Source: Basidiobolus meristosporus CBS 931.73 (lineage: Eukaryota > Fungi > Basidiobolomycota). From it: a stretch of 64,000 bases of DNA. The notes under the pieces were generated by a model. The model was not told where the DNA came from, ran no database searches, and worked only from the letters and a program-made list of their open reading frames with translations. The DNA lies in contig MCFE01000020.1 in NCBI GenBank assembly GCA_002104905.1, positions 1-64,000 of the forward strand, written 5' to 3'. Numbering within the stretch: position 1 is the first letter of the stretch; every line of letters begins with the position of its first letter. A program made the translations under genes and the position numbers. Shown here one piece after another: positions 55,079 to 64,000 of this stretch.

Positions 55079-58000
55079 TCAGACTTCCACCATGGCCGGG
55101 GCTGGTTTGACGAAGATCGCAAGCTCTTCGTTGTTGAGGCTAACCCCTTCGTGCTCACTTCCAGGCTCCACTAGTCTCAGCTTTGGGACTGTCAATTTGC
55201 CCGGGGCCAAGGCATAGCCATTAAATCTGAGCTTGGTGATGCTGAGCGGGAGTAAACGAACAAGATGCTGCTTGTAACCGGAAAATATCAGATTATTTGA
55301 TGCATCGAGGATGGCAACCAATTCCTGCATTTCGGACGAGGTGTTCTCAATGTTGTAGACAAAGGTGAATGGTGTGGCAAGATATATCTCCGTAGGGGCA
55401 TCTACAAAGGATCAGGTTACTATCGTTCGGGCAAAAGTATAGGAGAGGAAGTCAACCTAGCGTGATGTTTAAAGGCGACTGCGTCATTCCAACACGCGGC
55501 ACTGTCAAAACTGTGTTGAAGATATTCTCTTTGAGCGTGGGGTGTGGTTGTCGACTAGATAAACAGGTCAAGAGGAAATCATCAGTCAAGTGCCATGGCA
55601 AAGTGTCATGGTGATTTGCTTACCGTTTCCACGCGATCTCTATATGGCCTATTTCCACACTTTCCTTGAGGGTAGTAATATCCTCAGTCTCGAATGACAT
55701 CAAGTGACTGCAACTGAACACAGAACCAGGCTTGAATACTAGAAATTCACTCAAGTTGAATAAACATGATAAAGCTGCACGATTTGTGCTTTTAGTACCA
55801 GTACTCTCTTCTTTTGCGACTTGAGAATTAGAGATCAGTGATATTGTAGTGTTACTTGGACTCGTTGGTTTCTGTCGCAGATCAGTGTCAATGGGTTGTG
55901 TAGTTGATCATGCTGAGACAACTTACTGCGATTTTAAGTTCAATATTCTGCACTTCCAAATCAGCCAATGCTATACTCTTGATCTGGGTTACGAGTAGGT
56001 TGTGCTCTGTTCGAGAGAGGGAGTCGGGGTCATTAGGGGCAAGGAAGTTTTCTGGGTATACTTTGAACTCTGTCTGGAATGGTTGCTGGAACTCGATCTG
56101 CAGAGTCTCTCGTTTTTCATAGACGTTAAGCTGGTCATTGATAATGTCGGGTGAGTCCAGGTAGTATCGTAACGTGAGCGTGAGTAGTCGTTCACGTGGC
56201 GGTTGACTCCCCCGAATGAAGAAGGTTAACCGTTTCTCTCCCCCAGGGTTAACTTGGCCCAAATCATGGGTAAAAGTCTGGTCAGCGGATTCGAAGGTTG
56301 GGTCCATGCACGTCACATCGCTCACACGTTGGCCAGCTCCAGACTTGATTTCAGCGGTGAGCGTGGTCTGCGCCCTGTGTTCCTCTTGGCTGATTATTGT
56401 TACGTTCACAGGGAAAGCTTCGTCCAGAAGTGCAACTTGTTCACATTCAATATTCATCTCCATTTTTGGTTTTCGATGTGTTACCCTGGTTTAGAATGTT
56501 GGCGATCAATCCCACATCCCATATTTGGATGTACCAGTGTCATTGTACAGAAAAAGCGAACCTTAGTGTAGTGCGATCCTCTGCCTCATCAAGCGTGACA
56601 AACCTCTTGACTACTGAAGGATAGATATTAGTACTGTGACTGTGGCTGTGACTATGTTATGCTATCCTACAAGTCTTACCATCATCGTTGGTTTGGTCCA
56701 CCTGCAGCCACTTCGCTTTCTTGAATGTCTCATCATGCCCCGTGAGCGGATAGTTTAGAGTAAGTTGCCATCCAGGAGTGGAAATATGGCAGGATATAAC
56801 CGCAACCTGTTATATATTGTAAGACCGTGTGAATATCCGGGTGGCACATATCCACGCATACTAACCTTGAGCTCGGCTATCTCCCTTGGAGTAATGCTCC
56901 CTTCAATAACCTTGACACATTCATTTGAAAGCCGCAAATCTACTTCTTTCGACCAGGCAAGTCCATCATCAGTCTCTTTTTGTTGGGCATCTTTTGCATC
57001 GATCCATACACTTCCTTTCAGCTCGCTCGCCTCATCCGACACATGATGGAAGTGATGATCAAAGCTAGAGTCATTGAATACCAAACGCAATGAGGATATT
57101 TCCAATGGTAGTGGACAGCTGGTGGTCGCAGTTAACTGAAACTTGACTGGGGCCCCAACAAAAGCATTGCCACGCTCAAACTGGATTCCGAAATGAACAA
57201 ATGTGTTCATCTGATCCAAATCAATAATCATTGGAATTTGCTGGTTGTCGTCTGTCTGTCTTGATAGTATTTCGACCAGTTCACGCTGATAACCTTCACG
57301 CATCTCGATGTTGAGAGTGACTTCATCAGAAAGAAGCTCGATCAAGTATCCGATCGCGTTCTTCCATAATTTGAGCTCTCTTGAGCAAACAAGTGAACTG
57401 TGCAGAATCGAAGCAAGAATTGTACTCCAATTCTCTTTTCGATACGTTTTGGCGATGCGTTCGAAAAACCTACGGAAAGCAGTTTGGTCAGCAAACAGCA
57501 GATCAACGATGAGCAAAGATTGGGCTCCTACTTCAGTGCCATTTCAAATTTCCCTCCCTCGTAGTAGGATTTGGCGATTTCAGAGGCCAGGAAGAGCGTC
57601 ATTCTTGCGTTTTTGTACTTCTTGAACTGTTCGTAGCTCTTAGTTAACAATTCGATAATGATGGCCGTATGGTCAAACTTTTTTTCTGTGTTTATGCTGT
57701 CCTGGGTGCTCAGGTCGGTGCTCTGAAGGTTGGTGGGGGGTAAATATTGTGAATGTGAAGGAAAACACATGGAAGAGAGTAGCTGCTTACCTCAGATGCC
57801 TTTAGAAGACAACGTCTTCTTTCCATGCTACAGGTGGCAGAAGAGTAATAATAGAAGCCAGCATGCTGTATTACCAATCCTGGATATACACCACCTCCGA
57901 CCGTAGCCGGATGACCGCTGCTGTATCCTGTTCGTAGATCAGGTAAGCCTGCTCCATTAACATACATGTTCGATGCCTGCTGCTCAGGAGAGGGGATTCG

Positions 58001-59724
58001 CATCCCATGTTTAGTGGCCAGTTCCACCAACTCAGCAAAAGCGCGATATCTGTTTGGCGAGAATCAGACATGAAATGGATATAATTAAGATCAGGTAGAA
58101 CAAAGCATACTGTTTCGATAACCAGGCCCAGTATTCAAACGTTTCAGAGGTAATCCCAGCAGCAGTCAAGATATTTGAGAAGCTATCCAAGTGGCGTTGC
58201 ATTTGAATAAGAGAGGTGTTGGGGCTGTCCATGTAGAAGTATAACTTGCATATCTAAGAGCAGTATAGGTGGTTAGCTGCTCGTGTTATTGTAGAGATCA
58301 GTAAATGGACATGCCACCATACTTTGAGGTGAATTGCTTCGGCTAAAATCCGTGCTTCAGTCCATCTTTTGGTGTTCGGGATTATTGCAGGACATCCAGT
58401 AGTCGCAGCAACACTTGGGGAGAACATGTCAACCAAATTCATGTAGCAAGATCCATAGTATCTAGGGTTTTGGAATCTCGTTAGTCTATAATAGCCATTC
58501 GGTGCAGGGAAGAGCGGCTACTCACTTCAAGGCGCTATCAGGATCCTGGCGGAACTCGGCGAATGCGCCCATTTTGAAATCGTATCTCACTAGCCATCCG
58601 AGGTTCGATAAAGGCAACTCAGAGAGCTTCTCTGGGTTGGCATTTATCACTGGTGATTTTGGTGGTTGTGGGATGGGTATCCGCGACCTTTTCTTTTTCA
58701 TGAGCTTTCCCTTCTCCCGATAAAAGTTAATGGCGGGCTCGTATAACGATCTCTGTAAACTATTACATTGTTAATTGGCTATAAAATGGAAGTTTCTACT
58801 TGGATTCATACTTGCTGATGAACTCTTGAAGTTCGGGTGGCCCAAGTGGAGGCAGAACGAAAAAAGAATTTCTCTGATCGAGCCCTGATGCTCGTCGAAT
58901 GCTCGATATTCTATCTTCGATAGTGGGGTTCTCTAGAAGATAATTAATAGCATTAACCCTCTTGCTAACACCGATTCCTGATTATTAATTTTACCAGCAT
59001 CATGAACCCTTAACATAAGCACCATGGCAAACTTGGTCCCAGCTTCTTGAGCATTTTTTCTGGTGACGTAAAGGTTAGCGAGGGTGTTTGAGAAAATACT
59101 CGAGGGATCATCCCCACCTATGCTCAACAATTTCAGATACCAAGGTGGCGTCCTTCTCCCTCTCTAGCACGCTAACTGCTGCGAGGGGTCCAATGACTTT
59201 CTGCTCGTTATTGTCGTTCAAAGCTGGTAATTCCGAAAACATGACCAACACTCCAGGTTTAGTGTCTTGTTGCTTCCGAATCCACATCGGGCTCATGATA
59301 CCGTCGGGAAACAGAGGACTGGATTGCGACAGCGGTGACAATGGTGAATGGAAACCGCCTCCGGATTTATTCCGCTTCACTGGAAGCTGGAAATCCTGAA
59401 GTAGATTCACGAAAGTAAGGACTGATGAAGGCAAATATAATAAGTAGTTTAAAAATCTACCTTTGAAACGAACTGTATCTGGAACAAAGAATTCCCATTT
59501 CCTGCTTGGTTGGTTTCCCATACATTGGTGGTTGTCTTACTTTGCAACAAAGATATCAGATTCTTGTAAAATGTCTGTCGAGCTGGCTGAAATCTACTGA
59601 AAGCACTCGAATTTATGAAAGCATCTGTTGTACTGCCTCCCTTTTCAGCGCAAGTCGAAGAAAGCCCAGAAACGGCCATGACTGGCAATAGATGATGGGT
59701 GAATTCAGGCGGAAAAGAATCCAT
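55079..59724 (-). CDS. TRAPPC11: TRAPP III subunit TRAPPC11 (Foie gras/Gryzun)
   Basis: MDSFPPEFTHHLLPVMAVSGL, HSPLSP....PLFPDGIMSPMW, GWLVRYDFKMGAFAEFRQD and FFERIAKTYRKENWSTIL; multi-intron. Confidence 0.88.
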
Positions 59725-60106
59725 CTTTGTTGGACGTTCTAATTTTCCTCTAGGCAACGATAGCTTGGATAGTATCCAGGAATTGGTAGTACTATTGGAA
59801 AATAGGAACACCCAGCTGTGACCAACTAATAGTGTCTGGCCGTGTGGTTTAATTCGTAGATTTGAAATGAATTGTCAGTTGTGTTTATGCAACCAAGCCA
59901 GCATGAATGATCAAGTTAATCACAATCATAACAAGATCTTGGGATCAGTGCTGCTCGTATAACCCTCGATAATAATACAACAGTTTTAAAAGATTTGTGA
60001 AAAACAATCTTATAATAAAACATGATTTTTTACAGATGACATAGGCATTGGCCCTGCGAATTCAACCTTGTTGCTGTCCGTCTGCTTCTCGACCTTCGAA
60101 TTTCCC

Positions 60107-63100
60107 ATGGTGAATAATAATGGTGCAGAGCAGACCAATGGTCTAACCAGTAATAATGAGGTAGAACCTACGAAGAATGAAATCGACGTGCCTAATGGTA
60201 CACTTCAAAATAATGACGAGATGGAGCAAGTAATGCATAACATGGTCCCTTTACGCCTGATCATCGAAAGACTAGTCAACCAAGCTTATGCCGATCTACA
60301 AAACCTAACCGAAGTGTAAGTTGCCTCTCTCTTCAAGTGGGTCGGAATCTGGGATACTTCTGGCCTTATGATGTTTTTCGCGTTAGTTTATTATATTTCC
60401 TTGGATCTACACCCTTCCCTAGTCTCAGAATATGATTTAGTCACTCTATTTTCGTATGTACTCATTGCCACGCGTCATCATCATCCTACTTGTCGATGAA
60501 ATGAATACCTGTGAACAAGTTTATGCTACTCGGTAGACAACCAATGCTAGTAAACGTATGCTAACTTGTTTGTTTGTTTAGACTGCCCGGAATGCCAACC
60601 GTAGAAAGAAAGCGCGCGATATTAGAATATTCACTTAATACACGACAACAATTCGTCAAGCTACTCGTATTGGTCAAATGGGCGGTGAACGCTGACAAAG
60701 TGCAGGAATGTCAGGTGGATAGTGATCGATTAACAGTAAACCATATAATATGAGTGTTAAAGGCTAAATTTGGCGCTCTTTCCGTTTCTATAGAATATCA
60801 TTGGTTTTCTCCAGAAACAGAATGAAGCATTTGCGAGAACAGTAGACGCACTCTATGGCATATACACAACAATGTCGCAAGCAAGGTAGGGTCTGGTTGT
60901 GTCTGTGGTTGCGCGTTTACTTGAGTAATCTTTTGCCTTGGTGATTGTAGAGTTCGAAACTACGATATCCTGACTGCTATTGATGTTCTCACTACTGGAA
61001 CTTACCAGCGGTTACCTACTATTATTCGGGTTTGTAGCTCTCTAGCTTTTGCGACTTACGGATGGTCTTTACTTATGAGCCTTGCTTTTAGTCTCATTAC
61101 ATTCCTCTTGATCCGATGGAAGATAACGATGTTGCTGGCACGCTGTCTAAACTGAATGATTTGATTCGTGTGCGTATGATTTGCAAGGAGACGCTCCCAT
61201 TACCCATGAACAAATACAAAATTGGTAAGTGTCGTGCGACTCCTAGAAACCAAGACGAGTGTAATTCAACAAGACTCATTATATTAGTTAACGGCCGTGT
61301 TGTATTTCGCGTTGAGCACGAATTTGAGGTTTGTGAATACTCTTTAGCTGATATGCACAGCTTTATTCATTAACGTCCGCGTGTTGCCAGGTATCATTGA
61401 CTTTGTTTGGTGCGGAGGAGGACATACCATGGCATATTATATCTCTCGATATCCTTGTATGCTCAGAAAAATCCAAAGTAGCTACAGGTAGATCAGGCCA
61501 CTCCCGTTGCAAACCGTAATAGAACCATAATTCCCCCTTTTTAATAGATATGGATACGTCGCTGACAGATTATCAAATTCGCAATTTGATTGTCAACGCT
61601 CAGCAAAAGCTGATTCCTCGACCTCCTAATCCACAGAAATCTTCAGTTCCGGAGCCAGAAGAGGGCCAGGAACAATCTACCGAGCCCAACCCCGAGGAAT
61701 CGCCAGAAAACCTCAAACTACCCACGTATCCTATGGTTCGGCTGTACGACTACCTTCGTATCCTTTTCCAACTTCCTATTGCCTACGATTATTTCAAAGC
61801 ACTACATCGCCTTAACCATCATATTTATAGATACTTTCTGCCTTTCAATGCAGCTAGAAGTTCTCTATCTACAGGTACCCCAATTCTTTCAAGCTCTCAC
61901 AACCTTTTCCATATGTTAAATCGTGGCTGTTCTAAGGCCTTGCACTTGGCAAAATCCCGGTGGGCTGAGAATCTGATTGTGGAAATCAACCAATTCCGTA
62001 CTTCCATCAAACTGAAGTATTGGTGGTTAGTGCGCTTCATATACTGAACCATATATGCCTATTTCATTGACTTGACTCCACGATTCCCAGCAAACGTCCC
62101 CCTACGACATGGAGTAGTATGCAAAACTCTTCGACTCAACCGACCGCGCTCACCAACTGCATCGAGATAAGCGTTGTGAATTTCGAGGATTACAATCCAC
62201 CTCAGTCTGAGGAGGACGACACGGAGGGCACCTCCCGCTCTGAGGCGGAAGATGACACCCCGTCACTAAAATATCCAAAAAGCGTACTTCGTGTCCGTTG
62301 TGAGGGTGGGGCTGATACGGATGGAAAAATGATTGATGCTTTCGAGATAAACCCCGGTGAACTTGATGTTGAAAACCTTTTGATGCGAATTGCCGAACTA
62401 CATGCGCGCGCTGTTATCACACGCTTCCGTGATATCTTGCTCAATTCTTCCTTCGTGAGTAATAGAATAGAATTTACAAAGGATGACCTTGAGATTTTGG
62501 ACGAGCAGCATATCGGAACGTCGAAGGCGCAATCGTCAACCTGCGGACTGCAGGTTCGTTATCGCCAAGATCGCTATCTCACATTGAATGTGGATATCCG
62601 AACCGGACGCGTGGTCATCGGGATGTCCGACAAGGTTATGCACGAAGGCGATGTCAAATTACGAGCACTTGAAGAAAAACTGAATGAGAATTTTGTTAAA
62701 TTGCCGAGCTTGCTGCTTGAGCTGAAGTATGCCACTTTGATCGACGATGTGGAAAACATGGCTCGGTATCTTGGCTTGGAACCATACCCTATTCTTCCGC
62801 TGCGAAACGAAGATATTGCCAAGTTTGGAACCACCAAAAGTCGCATGTTGTACCTGCAGTTTACACAACACCCAAGTTACTATCTTGTGGTCAGTATAGT
62901 GGAAAACGCACTGAATTTCCGACTTATAAGCCTCGGTTCACCTTTGAGTGGCTCTCATTTGATGACTCTTAGTAGCTCTGTGCAGCTCGACTTGACGTCT
63001 TTACTTCGCCATCATCAGATATCGACCCAGGTGGCTACCCAGGGCCCCATTAGCTCGCGTCCGTCAGGTGGTAATGCCAAGCTTCCTAGCAAGGAAGCAA

Positions 63101-64000
63101 ACGAACTCACGATAGATCTGGGCCTGTTGTCGAAAATAGATTCATTTTGTCGAGCTCGGATATCGTTCGAGAAGCTCGAGAAGCAGTTGACTGGGCTCAG
63201 CATTGAGTACAAATATATTCAACCGATGCCTCTGGCATGTCACCCGGCTGATTTTTGCGCGCAAGACACAGCTAATCCAATCTCCCAAGTTCCCTTTATG
63301 CAAATCAAACCCCGAGACATCCCTCTTCGTAACAAGGGAGCCGATTGCTCAGAGTTTGTTGTTGGCAGTCTTAATATCCGTCTGGCAGATTGGTATGCAT
63401 CAGGGAAAAGCACCTGTCAAGTATCCATGGAGACCCGAATCCTGTCTCAATCCATCCCTAGCATTCAAGATGCTGACCAGGAGGCCGCCAAACGCCTACA
63501 TTTCGACCACGAGTCTCGGATCCTCTCCTTCAAGTACAGCGATTTTGACAGCTGTATTTCGCAATTTCTTAAGGATTGGGAGACCGTTATCATGGTGACT
63601 CTACTTGCAAAACAAACATGCCCAATCGTGAACTACTTTGACCTCACATCACTCAAAGCGTCCTATGGGAAAGAAAGATTCTCTCTGGCCGTCCGCTGGA
63701 AAACATCGAAGGGCTCTGGGAGTAACCAGGGGCATTATACGCTCGCATTGGAGGAGAACCTCGGTCAGATCAAACAAAGAAACCCTCATCGCAAGCTCCG
63801 TTTTTGCCTCGAAGATTACCTGAACCAGACGAAGGATTTGAAAAAGCTGATCAATCTGCTTAATGACACCTTGCCTTTACTTCGTGTCCTGGACGAGCTC
63901 CAGCGAAAGAGAAACGCCACAGATACATTCGGAAAGGGACTTACAGTTATCCCACGTCACGCAACACACATAAGATTGCAATTTTCAACCAGGTGAGTTT
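60107..64000 (+). CDS. MED14: Mediator subunit Med14/Rgr1 (partial, runs off window end)
   Basis: VPLRLIIERLVNQAYADL, RQQFVKLLVLVKWA, YDILTAIDVLTTG, GRVVFRVEHEFEVSLTL and LYDYLHTFCLSMQLEVLYLQ (after splicing). Confidence 0.93.
61758..61830 (+). other. U12-type (minor spliceosome) GT-AG intron in MED14
   Basis: Donor GTATCCTTTT at 61758, branch site CCTTAAC at 61810-61816 and AG at 61829-61830. Splicing gives YDYL-H-TFCLSMQLEVL. Confidence 0.85.

Noticed and set aside
1-64000. tRNA, rRNA, CRISPR arrays and intact transposase or reverse transcriptase ORFs
   Set aside because: None recognised by eye; tRNAscan-SE, Rfam and RepeatMasker runs would be needed to exclude them formally.

Overview
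Gene-dense, intron-rich eukaryotic DNA from a fungus, probably an early-diverging lineage (Basidiobolus-like Zoopagomycota or Mucoromycota; inferred from a U12-type intron, NoxR, a five-TOG XMAP215 and Csm1). It holds about 21 protein genes, all identified by eye from sequence motifs: the 5' end of LIS1/NudF, XMAP215/Stu2, an MFS monocarboxylate transporter, MER3/HFM1, DNAJC9, Csm1, four malate synthases around PFS2/WDR33, PIS1, TFIIB, Man1/Src1, PHAF1/UPF0183, a RhoGAP, eIF4G, NoxR, TRAPPC11 and the 5' part of MED14. The most unusual element is the 12 kb malate synthase array (22.5-34.6 kb). Its four intronless copies have cores about 99.5% identical, but unrelated promoters, divergent N-termini and slightly different PTS1 tails. 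They lie in mixed orientation around an essential gene, one copy is frameshifted, and the shared promoter of two copies holds a cluster of GATAATC motifs. Other notable items are a clear U12-type intron in MED14, a CpG-depleted relic with about 340-bp diverged inverted arms (17.5-19.2 kb), a compact multi-hairpin candidate RNA upstream of eIF4G, and a possible unannotated micro-exon gene at 34.8-35.8 kb. I recognised no rRNA, tRNA or CRISPR array.
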